Positions 52,321 through 62,731 of a DNA stretch of 64,000 nucleotides are shown in pieces. The position numbers and the translations under genes are program-made. Origin of the DNA: Longimicrobiales bacterium (GTDB lineage: Bacteria; Gemmatimonadota; Gemmatimonadetes; Longimicrobiales; Gaopeijiaceae); NCBI GenBank assembly GCA_965248195.1, contig CBDFIQ010000002.1, forward strand, positions 2,880,001 to 2,944,000, given 5' to 3'. Position 1 is the stretch's first letter. Each line of letters starts with the position of its first letter. The notes under the pieces are model-generated. The model worked only from the letters and a program-made list of their open reading frames with translations. It was not told the origin of the DNA and did not search any database.

Positions 52321-52900
52321 CGGGCCCCTCCCCCGGGTCTTGTTTCGGGGGAGGTTCGGCTCTCCGGCCCCCCAGCGGAGGCCACATCCGCGACAGCGTT
52401 TCGTCCCGCAGCACCAGATGGTGCCGGAGCACCTCTGCCACGTGAACCGCCACCAGGGCCATCAGCAGGAAGGTCGAGAACCGGTGCACGAGCGACGCCC
52501 ACGAGGCGACCTCGGGCATCAGAGGCAGCAGGGTCGGCAGTCCGAGGGCGTCCATCATCTCGATCGGGAAGCCATCCCCGACGACGTGCACGTATCCGCT
52601 CCCCGCGATCACGACCAGGACCGCGTAGATGACCCAGTGCGCCGTGGTCGCGATGCGTCGCTCCAGCTCCGGGATGGCCTCCGACATCGGCGGCGCCGGG
52701 TGCGTCAGCCGCCACAGCACTCGGGCCAGCACGACCACGAGCAGTACGACGCCGAGCCCCTTGTGAAGGACGAAGAGCCGGTCGATCGACCCTTGCTCTA
52801 AGGCGGGCGCGATCATCGCGATCCCCGCCGGGATCTGCACCAGCAGGAGTAGCACGACCAACCAGTGGAAGAGCCGTGCGCCGGCGCCGAAACCGTTCAT
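52301..52900 (-). CDS. Cytochrome b561 (YceJ-like)
   Basis: ARLFHW, HKGLG...R..WR, AHW..Y, VH...LRHH; real start ATG 52900, not 53692. Confidence 0.85.
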   Translation of the reverse strand: MNGFGAGARLFHWLVVLLLLVQIPAGIAMIAPALEQGSIDRLFVLHKGLGVVLLVVVLARVLWRLTHPAPPMSEAIPELERRIATTAHWVIYAVLVVIAGSGYVHVVGDGFPIEMMDALGLPTLLPLMPEVASWASLVHRFSTFLLMALVAVHVAEVLRHHLVLRDETLSRMWPPLGGRRAEPPPKQDPGEGPDGVAER

Positions 52901-54534
52901 CACCTTCCCTCCTTCGTCAAGAGAGCGGCGGAGGCGGAAGTGCCGCCGCTGAAAGCCCGCACGAACCATTCTCGGAACTCGGCCATTCGAGGAGGCGAGC
53001 CTTCCGGGTCCGGAAAGGCGCCGGGGCTGAACCCCCACTCGAGAAAGGGCTCGAGCAGGGCGGGGTCGCGTGCGATCACATGCACCGGAACGTCGGGGCT
53101 GCTCGCCCCCGTCACCCAGGGAGCCGCCTGGTGGTCCCCGACCACGACCAGGAGGGTCCCATCGTCCAGGAACCGCTCGGCGAACTCCGCCATCGCTTGC
53201 AGCGAGTAGTCGAGCGAGCGAGCGTAGCCCTCGCGCAGAGCCTGGATGTCCCACCAGAGCTCCTCGGGCGGATACCCATCCTCTCGGTAGGGTTCGAAAA
53301 TCGCTCCGTCCCCCACAGAGTCCCAGTCGATGAGGGGCAGGACGGGGGTCCAGGGCGCGTGGCTGCTCACCATCCCCGCCTCGACGAAGAGCGGGGTCGC
53401 CGCCTTCCGGATGACCTCCCCGAGGAACGACCAAGTGAACTGGTCCGGAACGGTGACCCAGTAGAAGGGCGGGCCGGCGTAGGGAATGGAAGGCCTCGAG
53501 TACACGTCGTCGTAGCCGAGTCGGAGAGCCTCGGGCCAGCTCGTGGTGATGGCGGGCATCACGGTCGCGGTGCGGTAGCCGGCCCGACGGAAGTCGTCCA
53601 CCAGCGTCTCTCGCTCGCTCGCGATCAGGAGGTCGTAGCGAAGCTGATTTTCGAGCCAGAGCCCGCTGAGCATGGTCCCGTGCGCGTACCACGACTGCCC
53701 GCCCAGGGTGGGGGAGGCGAGCTCACCGGTCGCGATGTGGAGGCCCGCGCTCTCGATTCGCTGCGCGGTCGTATCCAGGCGCGGCCGGATGGTCGCCGCG
53801 AACTCGGGGTCCTCGAGCGCCGCCATCCCATAGGACTCGATGTACGTCACGACGACGTTGCGCCCCCCCAGGCTGGAGAGCAGACCCGGCAAGTCCGCGA
53901 ATCCGTCCGGCTGTTTCTCCAGCTCGGCTGCGAACGCCACCCGCTCCCTGCGAGTCGCCCGAAACTGCTCCGCCTGCTCGAAGACGAGCCGCACGGCGGG
54001 TGTGGCCAGCCGGTGTCCGACGGCCGGTGCGCTGCGACCGATGAGGCCGAGCGCGAGCGCGGCCACGACGGCCACCCCTCCGAGCCGTGGTACGAGCCGG
54101 GGGAGAGGCCTCTCGCGGTCCGAGGTGGCCGGTGTCAGGAGCCACGCCGTCGCGAACGCCGAGAGGCCGAGCGAAACGGCGATCCCCCCGAACCCGAGCA
54201 GAGTCCGGAGGAAGCCCGTGTTCCCCACCGCGAGGCGGTAGACGGCACTCAGCAGGTAGAGGTCCAGGGAGATGTTGAGCGAGCGGCCCAGGCTCACCCG
54301 GAAGATGAGATCCGCGAGCGAGGCGACGAGGAACAGGATGACTCCCGTGGCCAAGATCCAGGCCAGCCCGCGGCTCCAAGGCCGCCGTGGCAGGAGCGCC
54401 ATCGCGCCCACGATCAGGGCTGCCTCCAGGGAAAGCCAGGCGGGCGCTGGGGCGTCAGTCACGGCGCTCGAGAGCCACGACGGCGTCATGAGCAGCCCAT
54501 TGACAAGCACCCACGCGGACACGAGCCTGATCAT
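52900..54534 (-). CDS. Membrane sulfatase-like / LTA-synthase-like phosphotransferase
   Basis: Five N-terminal TM helices; YIESYG, SPTLGGQSW.AH, SSHAPW, VVGDHQ. Confidence 0.75.
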   Translation of the reverse strand: MIRLVSAWVLVNGLLMTPSWLSSAVTDAPAPAWLSLEAALIVGAMALLPRRPWSRGLAWILATGVILFLVASLADLIFRVSLGRSLNISLDLYLLSAVYRLAVGNTGFLRTLLGFGGIAVSLGLSAFATAWLLTPATSDRERPLPRLVPRLGGVAVVAALALGLIGRSAPAVGHRLATPAVRLVFEQAEQFRATRRERVAFAAELEKQPDGFADLPGLLSSLGGRNVVVTYIESYGMAALEDPEFAATIRPRLDTTAQRIESAGLHIATGELASPTLGGQSWYAHGTMLSGLWLENQLRYDLLIASERETLVDDFRRAGYRTATVMPAITTSWPEALRLGYDDVYSRPSIPYAGPPFYWVTVPDQFTWSFLGEVIRKAATPLFVEAGMVSSHAPWTPVLPLIDWDSVGDGAIFEPYREDGYPPEELWWDIQALREGYARSLDYSLQAMAEFAERFLDDGTLLVVVGDHQAAPWVTGASSPDVPVHVIARDPALLEPFLEWGFSPGAFPDPEGSPPRMAEFREWFVRAFSGGTSASAALLTKEGR

Positions 54535-54586
54535 CTTAAATGAGTACCCTCATCAGCCGGAGTCCCACAGGCGCATCATTCACCCG

Positions 54587-55816
54587 ATGGCCCCGGAACC
54601 GGCTTCTGGGACGAATTTGCGGAGTGGCCAGCCAGCCCCCGACGCCCGTTTCGGGGCATACGCTGGCCCAACGATATCACCTGACCGAATGGCGCACAAA
54701 GCGGAACGAGGACTCTTCGAGCTCAGGCAGGGGCGAGCTCTTTGCGTGACTGATGTGGCTCGGGATGCGTGCGCCCTCGTCGCTGCGGTCGAGTGTCTCG
54801 GCCTGGACAGGCTGGAGCAGCTCCGCTCCCTAGGCGAGCCGCTTCGGCTGGTCGTGACCCACCATCGCGGTAAAGCGATGGGGATTGCTACGCATGAGGA
54901 CGAGGCAAACCTCAGCATCGCGCTCGGCGCGGGCGAGACTCCCGAGACGATCCTGGGACTTGCCACGGCGAGGAGAGTCGCCCAGTCGGGCTCCCCGCTC
55001 CGCTTCAAGACGCGTCGGGCAACCCCCATGGAATCGGCGGGGTTGGCGCTCGCACGATTTGGATGTCTCCTTCCGGCCCTCGTGAGCGTGGATCTGGATC
55101 CTGGCTCCCCTGTGCTCACTCGGTGGATCGAGGACGGGACGATTCTCGACGTCTCGAGCGCGGGAGTCGAACGCGCAGTGGCCCGGTCCGGGATCGAGGT
55201 CACCAGCGTGGCCGAGGCTCAGGTTCCCCTGGCCGACGCCGAGCACTCCCGCTTCATATTCTTCCGCGAAGGCGGGGGCCACCTGGAGCACGTGGCGATC
55301 CTGATCGGTTCCGGCGAAAGCTGGCCCGATCCCGTGCCGGTGCGTCTTCACTCGGCCTGCCTCACAGGAGACCTCTTCGGCAGCTTGCGCTGTGACTGTG
55401 GTGAGCAGCTCCGTGGGAGCTTCCGCCACTTCAAGAATCGGGGGGGAGGCGTGCTGGTGTACCTTGCCCAAGAGGGCCGTGGGATCGGACTGGGCAACAA
55501 GATCCGCGCCTACGCCCTCCAGGAGGAGGGGCTGGACACCATCGACGCCGACGGCGTGCTGGGCTTCGGAGCCGACGAGCGGCGCTACGACGCCGCCGTG
55601 GCGATCCTGCGCCACCTCGAGATCGCACGGGTCGAGCTCCTCACCAACAACCCCGACAAGGTGAGGGCCGTGGAGGAGGGTGGCATCGAAGTCGCGGAGC
55701 GCACGCCCCTCTACGGCGGGATCAACCGCCACAACCTGCGTTACGTCCAGGCCAAGGTGGACCGCTCGGGCCACTGGCTGATGGACATGATCTCGCAGCG
55801 CGCCTCTGGGGATTAG
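54587..55816 (+). CDS. ribA: GTP cyclohydrolase II with a degenerate RibB-like N-terminal domain (start 54587 or 54689)
   Basis: VRLHSACLTGDLFGSLRCDCGEQL, QEGRGIGL.NK, DERRY, LLTNNPDK. Confidence 0.88.
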   Translation: MAPEPASGTNLRSGQPAPDARFGAYAGPTISPDRMAHKAERGLFELRQGRALCVTDVARDACALVAAVECLGLDRLEQLRSLGEPLRLVVTHHRGKAMGIATHEDEANLSIALGAGETPETILGLATARRVAQSGSPLRFKTRRATPMESAGLALARFGCLLPALVSVDLDPGSPVLTRWIEDGTILDVSSAGVERAVARSGIEVTSVAEAQVPLADAEHSRFIFFREGGGHLEHVAILIGSGESWPDPVPVRLHSACLTGDLFGSLRCDCGEQLRGSFRHFKNRGGGVLVYLAQEGRGIGLGNKIRAYALQEEGLDTIDADGVLGFGADERRYDAAVAILRHLEIARVELLTNNPDKVRAVEEGGIEVAERTPLYGGINRHNLRYVQAKVDRSGHWLMDMISQRASGD

Positions 55817-55825
55817 GCGGGCGCT

Positions 55826-58672
55826 TTGGCAATCCTGAAAGGTGCCGGCCCAGGCGCCTCCGCTGGCCGTGCTCGCGTGAATGGCAAGTTCCTAGAGGTC
55901 GACGGGCGTCGTGTCCTGATCAAAGGAGTGGCCTACGGCACCTTCGCTCCAGACAGCGAGGGAGCGCAGTTTCCTTCGGCAGAGCGCATCGCACAAGATT
56001 TTGCGCTGATGGCGGCCGCCGGCATCAACACGGTGCGCACGTACACGCCGCCGTCTCCCGCCCTGCTCGACCAGGCCCGTCGGCACGGTCTCGGGGTGAT
56101 GGTCGGACTGGCGTGGCCGCAACACATCCCTTTTCTCGACGACACGAAGCTCACTCGACGCATCAAGCAAGACGCCGTCACGACCGTGCGCCGGCTCGCC
56201 GAGCACCCCGCGGCGCTCCTCTTCGCTCTGGGCAACGAGATCCCCGCCGGGATCGTCCGTTGGCACGGCCACCGAAGGATCGAGCGGTTCCTGCGCGAGC
56301 TCTACGAAGACGTGAAGGCGGCGGCACCCGAGAGCCTATTGACGTACGTAAACTTTCCACCGACTGAGCACCTCGAGCTCGATGTGTTCGACGTCTTCGC
56401 CTACAACGTCTATCTCCATCGAGAGACCGAGCTCCGTAGCTACCTCGCGCGTTTGCAGCATCTCGCCGGTACCAGACCGCTCCTCCTCGCGGAAGCCGGC
56501 GGGGATAGCCTGCGAGAGGGGCTCGAGGGCCAGGCGTGCATCACGGCGGCACACCTCCGGACGGCTTTTGCCGAAGGCGCCTGTGGTGCGGTGGCATACT
56601 CCTGGACCGACGAGTGGTGGCGTGGAGGTCAGGCGGTCGACGATTGGGCCTTTGGCCTGGTGGATGAGGCGCGACACCGCAAGCCGGCGCTTGCTGCCGT
56701 GCAACAAGTCTTCGCCAGCGCACCGTTCCCATCAAGCGAACGCGCCATGTGGCCGAGAGTGTCGGTGGTGGTGTGCGCGTATAACGCGGCGGACACCATT
56801 GCCGATTGTCTGACGTCGCTCGAAACGCTGACCTACCCCGATATGGAGGTCATCGTCGTCGACGATGGGTCGCGCGATGCGACCGGGGAGATCGCGAGAG
56901 GACATTCCGGCGTCCGCGTCGTCGCGGTGCCGAACGGTGGCCTGAGCGCGGCCCGGAACGCCGGACTCGCCGTCGCGACCGGCGAGATCATCGCGTACAC
57001 CGACGCGGACGTCAGAGTCGACCCCGATTGGCTGACCTACCTGGTCCAGCCGTTGCTCACCTCCGACGTTTCAGGCGTCGGCGGCCCGAACGTCGTGCCG
57101 GCGGACGACCCGTGGGTGTCGCAGTGTGTCGCACGCGCGCCGGGAGGGCCCACCCACGTCATGCTCGACGACCGGATCGCCGAGCACGTGCCGGGCTGCA
57201 ACATGGCGTTCAGAAGGGACGCGCTCCTGGCGGCCGACGGCTTCAATCCGGTCTATGTGCGTGCTGGCGACGACGTGGACATCTGCTGGCGGCTGCAGGC
57301 CAAAAAACTGGACATCGGCTTCGCGCCGTCGGCGCTGGTCTGGCACCATCGCCGGGCGAGCGTGCGATCGTACTGGCGTCAGCAGGTCGGGTATGGCGAG
57401 GGGGAGGCGTGGCTCGACGCGCATCATCCCGAGAAATTCCTCGGCGGGCAAATGGTGTGGCTTGGGCGCATCTACAGCCCGCTCCCCTTCCTGAGCACGG
57501 CGGCCGAGCGGCGCGTCAACACGGGCGTTTGGGGTACCGCAGCGTTTCCCTCGATCTACAGCACGCAAGCCCACCGGTGGCACTACCTACCCCACTCGCC
57601 GGCGTGGATGGCGGCCTCGCTCGTCTTGCTGCTCATCGGCGTCTTCGGACCGCTGGCGGGCATGGACGCCGCATGGCTGCCTCTGATTGCCGGATTCCTC
57701 GGGGGGGCCACCACCGTTGTGCGGAGTGCCCTGTGCGGTTGGCGTTCCAACCTCGACGGTCTGCCCGCCATCGGACGCTGGTCCATGCGACAGAGTCGCT
57801 TTCTGTACCGGGGCCTCATCGCGTGGCTCCACCTGCTCCAGCCGCTGGCGCGATTCAGGGGCCGGCTCCGCGGTCTGTCACGGCCGCAGGCGGTCGCACC
57901 GAAGCACATGACCCGGCATCCGTGGAAGTCGCCGAAACCAACGTTCCGCGATGTCGTCGCATCCGCACGGCTCCTGACCCGCGCCGGAATGGAGCGCTCG
58001 TTCTGGAGCGAGTCCTGGGCACGGCACACGACGCTGTTGACGGAGCTCGTAGGGGTTCTGCGCGCCTCGCGGCCGGCCCCGATCGTCGACGTCGACGAGG
58101 GATGGCGTCCCGACCGGGATCTCAGCTTGGCGATCGGCCGATGGGGCTGGCTGCACGTGCGGACGCTGGTGGAGGAGCACGAGCAGGGAGCTTGTCTCTT
58201 CCGAATCCGGGCACGACTGCGTCCCAGCTTCGTCGGCACGCTTCAGGGTGTGACGTTGGCGGTATTGATGGCGGGCGGCATGAGCGCGTCGATGTTCATC
58301 TACGATCTGTCGGTGACGCTGCTGGTCGCCGCGGCGGCCATCGCCGCGATCGGCGCCCGCGCAGCTTGGCAAGCGATACGTGCCACGGCGGTGCTCGACC
58401 GGGCGGTCACGCGGGTCTGCTCGGCAGCCGGGCTGCTGAGACTTCCGGTCTCGCCCACGCTAGAACCAAAGGCGGAAGCCACGGTTGGACCCACGGTCGA
58501 ACCTGTGACTGAACCTGCGGTCAAAGCCGCGCTAAGACCCGCGCTCGAACCCGCAGCAAGAGCTGCGGTCGATGCTGCGGCCGAGTCCGCCGTAGAATCC
58601 CCCGTACAACCCAGGGTCGCACCCACGCCGCGGCGGTCCGCCAAGACGACGGCGTCCGACTTCATCGGCTGA
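55826..58672 (+). CDS. Fusion of a GH-A clan TIM-barrel hydrolase-like domain and a GT2 glycosyltransferase
   Basis: KGVAYG...NTVRTY...LGNE...AEAG; then VSVVVCAYNA, DDGS, TDAD, GCNMAF, GDDVD; C-terminal TM helices. Confidence 0.85.
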   Translation: MAILKGAGPGASAGRARVNGKFLEVDGRRVLIKGVAYGTFAPDSEGAQFPSAERIAQDFALMAAAGINTVRTYTPPSPALLDQARRHGLGVMVGLAWPQHIPFLDDTKLTRRIKQDAVTTVRRLAEHPAALLFALGNEIPAGIVRWHGHRRIERFLRELYEDVKAAAPESLLTYVNFPPTEHLELDVFDVFAYNVYLHRETELRSYLARLQHLAGTRPLLLAEAGGDSLREGLEGQACITAAHLRTAFAEGACGAVAYSWTDEWWRGGQAVDDWAFGLVDEARHRKPALAAVQQVFASAPFPSSERAMWPRVSVVVCAYNAADTIADCLTSLETLTYPDMEVIVVDDGSRDATGEIARGHSGVRVVAVPNGGLSAARNAGLAVATGEIIAYTDADVRVDPDWLTYLVQPLLTSDVSGVGGPNVVPADDPWVSQCVARAPGGPTHVMLDDRIAEHVPGCNMAFRRDALLAADGFNPVYVRAGDDVDICWRLQAKKLDIGFAPSALVWHHRRASVRSYWRQQVGYGEGEAWLDAHHPEKFLGGQMVWLGRIYSPLPFLSTAAERRVNTGVWGTAAFPSIYSTQAHRWHYLPHSPAWMAASLVLLLIGVFGPLAGMDAAWLPLIAGFLGGATTVVRSALCGWRSNLDGLPAIGRWSMRQSRFLYRGLIAWLHLLQPLARFRGRLRGLSRPQAVAPKHMTRHPWKSPKPTFRDVVASARLLTRAGMERSFWSESWARHTTLLTELVGVLRASRPAPIVDVDEGWRPDRDLSLAIGRWGWLHVRTLVEEHEQGACLFRIRARLRPSFVGTLQGVTLAVLMAGGMSASMFIYDLSVTLLVAAAAIAAIGARAAWQAIRATAVLDRAVTRVCSAAGLLRLPVSPTLEPKAEATVGPTVEPVTEPAVKAALRPALEPAARAAVDAAAESAVESPVQPRVAPTPRRSAKTTASDFIG

Positions 58673-58682
58673 TGGTGCTCAG

Positions 58683-60551
58683 GTGAACGTCGTTTCCTGG
58701 ACGCTCGGATTCCTCCGACCGTATCGCAGGCAGGCCGCCGCGATCCTGGCGCTGTCGATCCTGGAGATCGGCCTGGCGGCGCTGGCCCCCTGGCCGCTCA
58801 AAGTGATCGTGGACTACGTGCTGGGCGGTCTTCCGCTCCCCGAGGCGCTTGCGGTCATCACCCCCGCGGCGATCGCCGGGAGCGCTGTGGCCATCCTCGT
58901 GGTCGTCGTCGTGGCGGGCCTCCTCATCCAGGTCGCCAACGAGGTGATCCGCATGACCCACACGCAGATGCAGGTGCGGGTCGCCCAGCGCGTCGTCTAC
59001 TCCCTTCGGGCCAAGCTCCTGGCGCACCTCCAGGCGCTCCCGTTGCGGCACCACGTCTTGACCCCGACGGCCGACTCGGTCTATCGGCTCGATGCCGACG
59101 CGCACTGCGTGGACGACCTGATCATCGGTGGTGTGTTTCCCTTGACCCTCGCGACGCTCAATCTGGGGGTCATGTTCGCCGTCCTCGTCTATGTGGACCC
59201 GACGCTTGCCCTGCTTTCGTTAGCGGTGGCGCCATTTCTCTATGTGTGCCTCCGCTTCTACTCGCGCACCATGCTCGAGCGCGCCGAGCGGGTGAAGGCG
59301 CTGGAGGCGACCTTGATCGAGCGCGCCTTCGAGGTTCTGTCTTCGGTGGCCGCGGTCAAGAGCTTTACACGGGAGCGTCACGAGCTGGCACGCTTCTCGA
59401 GCACGGGCGATGACACCATGCGTGCCCGGCTCACACTGACGTGGCAGGAATCGCTCTTCTCGGTCGCCGTGACGGGGATCACGCTTGCCGGCACGGCTCT
59501 GGTCCTCGTCGTGGGCGGACTCCACGTTCTGAACGGCACGCTGACACTGGGCAGCTTGCTCGTCGTCATCGCGTATCTGGCCGCGGTCTACGACCCGATC
59601 TCGGCGATCGCACACTCGACCGGATCACTGCAGCAGGCCGTCGCGAGCGCTCGCCGTGTTCGAGAAATCTTCGCCCTCACTCCTGAGATTCTCGACGCCC
59701 CTGATGGGATCGACGCGTCCGGCATCGCTGGACACATCCGCTTCGATGAGGTGAGCTTCGCTTACGACGACCAACGCAACGTACTCGACACGATCAGCTT
59801 CGAGGCCCGGCCTGGAGAGCTGGTGGCGCTGGTGGGTCTCACCGGCGCCGGCAAGACGACGATCGCCAGCCTGGTCCCGAGATTCTTCGTGCCCGGCAGC
59901 GGCCGCGTACTCATCGACGACGTCGATGCTGCCCGGTACTCCCTCCAAACCCTTCGCGAGCAGATCGCGTTGGTCCCGCAGCAGCCGGTGCTGTTCACCG
60001 GCACGATCGCCGACAATATCCGCTACGGGCGGCTGGACGCTTCCGACGCCGATGTCGAGGCCGCGGCGAGAGACGCCAACCTTCACGATTTCGTGACCCG
60101 CCTGCCGCAGGGCTACCAGACCCCCGTCCATGAGGCGGGCGCGACACTCTCGGGCGGTGAGCGCCAACGTATCGGTATCGCCCGCGCGCTGCTGAAAGCG
60201 GCTCCGATCCTGATTCTCGACGAGCCCACCTCGGCGGTCGACGCGATCTCCGAGGGGGCGATCTTCGACACCCTGCGGCGGCTCCGCGCCAGCCACACCA
60301 TGCTCGTCATCGCCCACCGCCTCTCCACGATCCGCGACGCCACGCGTATCCTCGTGCTGGACGATGGGCGCCTGGTCGCCCAGGGACCGCACTACGAGTT
60401 GATCAGGACGTGCGAGCTCTACCGGCGGATGTGTGCACGCCTATCCATCGGCCAATCTCTCGATGACAAGGTCACGGTGGACGAGCTCTTGCGACCACCT
60501 CATGAAGATCTCGAGAGACAACTCACGCAGGTCCCTCGAGCCAACTCATGA
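58683..60551 (+). CDS. ABC exporter, fused permease/ATPase
   Basis: GLTGAGKTT, LSGGERQR, ILDE, IAHR. Confidence 0.93.
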   Translation: MNVVSWTLGFLRPYRRQAAAILALSILEIGLAALAPWPLKVIVDYVLGGLPLPEALAVITPAAIAGSAVAILVVVVVAGLLIQVANEVIRMTHTQMQVRVAQRVVYSLRAKLLAHLQALPLRHHVLTPTADSVYRLDADAHCVDDLIIGGVFPLTLATLNLGVMFAVLVYVDPTLALLSLAVAPFLYVCLRFYSRTMLERAERVKALEATLIERAFEVLSSVAAVKSFTRERHELARFSSTGDDTMRARLTLTWQESLFSVAVTGITLAGTALVLVVGGLHVLNGTLTLGSLLVVIAYLAAVYDPISAIAHSTGSLQQAVASARRVREIFALTPEILDAPDGIDASGIAGHIRFDEVSFAYDDQRNVLDTISFEARPGELVALVGLTGAGKTTIASLVPRFFVPGSGRVLIDDVDAARYSLQTLREQIALVPQQPVLFTGTIADNIRYGRLDASDADVEAAARDANLHDFVTRLPQGYQTPVHEAGATLSGGERQRIGIARALLKAAPILILDEPTSAVDAISEGAIFDTLRRLRASHTMLVIAHRLSTIRDATRILVLDDGRLVAQGPHYELIRTCELYRRMCARLSIGQSLDDKVTVDELLRPPHEDLERQLTQVPRANS

Positions 60552-61669
60552 AGATCCTGTTCGCCGGTATCGTCGCTCGGTATCCGTTCGGTGGCGTCAC
60601 CTGGTGTTCACTCATGTATCTCCTCGGCCTGCGGGCGCTGGGGCACGAGATCCTCTACATCGAGGACACCGGCGAGTGTATCTACGACCCGGAGCGCGAC
60701 GAGATCGCGACCGACCCCAGCTACGGCACGCGCTACATCCACGAAGCGCTCGAGCCGTTCGGCCTCGGTGACCACTGGAGCTTCGTCAACTACGACGGGT
60801 CGTATCACGGTCTTTCGAAAGACGCGGTTCGTGCCTACTGCGCCGAGGCTGACCTCTTCGTGAATCTTTCCGGCGGCTCCTGGTTTTGGCGTGACGAGTA
60901 CGCCGCCATCCCGCGCCGAGTGTTCGTCGACTCGGACCCGGTGTTCACGCAGCTCGCGATCGCGAAAGGCGAGCCATGGTATGTCGAGTTCTTTCAGCAG
61001 TTCGACTGTTTGTTCACTTTCGGAGCGAACATCGGCACGCCGGCCAGCGACGTTCCGACGAGCGACCTCGACTGGCACCCGACCCGGCAACCGATCGTGA
61101 CCGAGCTCTGGCACACCGACGAGCCGCCGGCCGGTGACCGCTTCACCACCGTGATGACTTGGAAGACCGAAAGCTTCACGGACGTCGATGGGGACAAGGA
61201 TCGGGAGTTCCTGCGGTTCATCGAGCTACCGGCTCTTACCCCCTCACAATTCGAGATCGCGGTGAACGGTCCGATCGAGCTGCTCCAGGAGCACGGCTGG
61301 TCGCCGATCGAAGCGATGAGCGTCTCGAGATCGCTCTGGGACTACCGCGCCTTCATCCGTGACTCGAAGGCGGAGTTTGGCGTCGCCAAGCACGCCTATG
61401 TGGCTCGGCGTTCGGGTTGGTTCAGCGACCGGACGGCGTGCTACCTGGCGGCCGGGCGACCGGCACTCGTGCAGGACACCGGGTGGAGCACCCACCTCCC
61501 CTCGGGCACCGGTCTGATCGGTTTTTCGACCCTCGACGAGGCGCTCGACGGCCTCGAACGGTTGGAAAGCGACTATGCCCTCCATGCGAGCCGCGCCACT
61601 GAGATCGCGCGGGAATGTTTTGACGCGGCTCGCGTTCTGCCGCCGTTTCTGGAGAAGGCGTGCGGATGA
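60548..61669 (+). CDS. GT-B fold glycosyltransferase-like protein
   Basis: YP.GG.TW, DSDPVFTQ, SGWFSDRTACYLAAGRP; operon context. Confidence 0.7.
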   Translation: MKILFAGIVARYPFGGVTWCSLMYLLGLRALGHEILYIEDTGECIYDPERDEIATDPSYGTRYIHEALEPFGLGDHWSFVNYDGSYHGLSKDAVRAYCAEADLFVNLSGGSWFWRDEYAAIPRRVFVDSDPVFTQLAIAKGEPWYVEFFQQFDCLFTFGANIGTPASDVPTSDLDWHPTRQPIVTELWHTDEPPAGDRFTTVMTWKTESFTDVDGDKDREFLRFIELPALTPSQFEIAVNGPIELLQEHGWSPIEAMSVSRSLWDYRAFIRDSKAEFGVAKHAYVARRSGWFSDRTACYLAAGRPALVQDTGWSTHLPSGTGLIGFSTLDEALDGLERLESDYALHASRATEIARECFDAARVLPPFLEKACG

Positions 61670-62730
61670 TGCCGCAGCGGGTTGAACCGATGCGTATTGC
61701 AGTGGTCGGCCCGGTCGCCCAGTCGATACCGCCGACCCGGTCCGGATCGGTCGAAACCGTCACGGCGCTGCTCACCGACGGCCTCGTGGCCAGAGGCCAC
61801 GATGTCACCCTCTTCGCGACCGGATCATCGACGACGACGGCCAGACTCCATGCAACCTTTTCACGCGGCTATCACGAGGACACGTCGCTGTGGCCGTGGG
61901 AGCTTTGCGAGCTGTTCAACCTCGCCGCCGCCGTCGAGCGGGCTGCCGAATTCGACGTCATTCACTATCAGGCGGAATACGCTCCGATATCCATGGCGTT
62001 CACCCGGCTTTCGCCCACCCCGTTATTGCTCACCCTGCACCACGCGCCGACACCGCCCGAGGTCGCGCTCTGGTCTCGTTATGCGGAAGCGCCCTTCGTG
62101 GCCGTCTCCGCTGCCCAAGAGCAGCTTCTCGCCGGACTCAACGTCGTCGGGACGATTCATCACGCGGTGGACACGGCCACGTTCGTTCTTCACCCGGAGC
62201 CCGAGGACTACCTCGTCTTTCTCGGTCGTTTCACGGAGGGTAAGGGCGTACTGCAAGCGATCGACGTCGCCCGACGAACCGGCTTACGTCTCGTGCTCGC
62301 CGCGGCGGCGAATGATTACTACCGCAGCGTCATCGCCCCCATGGTCGACGGTCGGCAGGTCGTCTACGCCGGCGAGGTAGACCTCGCCGCGAAGGTGACA
62401 CTCCTCGGCGGGGCGCGGGCCCTGCTCTACCCCGTGCAATCGAGTGAATCCTTTGGTCTCGTCCTCGCGGAGGCCATGGCGTGCGGAACGCCCGTTGCCG
62501 CTCTTCGACGCGGCGCCGTCGACGAGGTGGTGGATGACGGCGTCACCGGCGGAGTCTTCGACTCGCTCGACGCCCTCGTCGACGGGCTCCCACGCGTGCT
62601 GGCGCTCGATCGCAGCATCGTACGGACTCGCGCCGTGGAGCGCTTCGGCCCCGACAGCATGGTCGACGCGCACGTCGAGGCCTACTCGCGACTGGTCACG
62701 AAGCGTCACAGCGCCGAGCGCACCGCCTGA
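61660..62730 (+). CDS. GT4 glycosyltransferase (start may be 61690)
   Basis: MRIAVV, GHDVTLFA, FLGR...KG, ESFGLVLAEAMACGTPV. Confidence 0.9.
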   Translation: MRMMPQRVEPMRIAVVGPVAQSIPPTRSGSVETVTALLTDGLVARGHDVTLFATGSSTTTARLHATFSRGYHEDTSLWPWELCELFNLAAAVERAAEFDVIHYQAEYAPISMAFTRLSPTPLLLTLHHAPTPPEVALWSRYAEAPFVAVSAAQEQLLAGLNVVGTIHHAVDTATFVLHPEPEDYLVFLGRFTEGKGVLQAIDVARRTGLRLVLAAAANDYYRSVIAPMVDGRQVVYAGEVDLAAKVTLLGGARALLYPVQSSESFGLVLAEAMACGTPVAALRRGAVDEVVDDGVTGGVFDSLDALVDGLPRVLALDRSIVRTRAVERFGPDSMVDAHVEAYSRLVTKRHSAERTA

Positions 62731-62731
62731 C

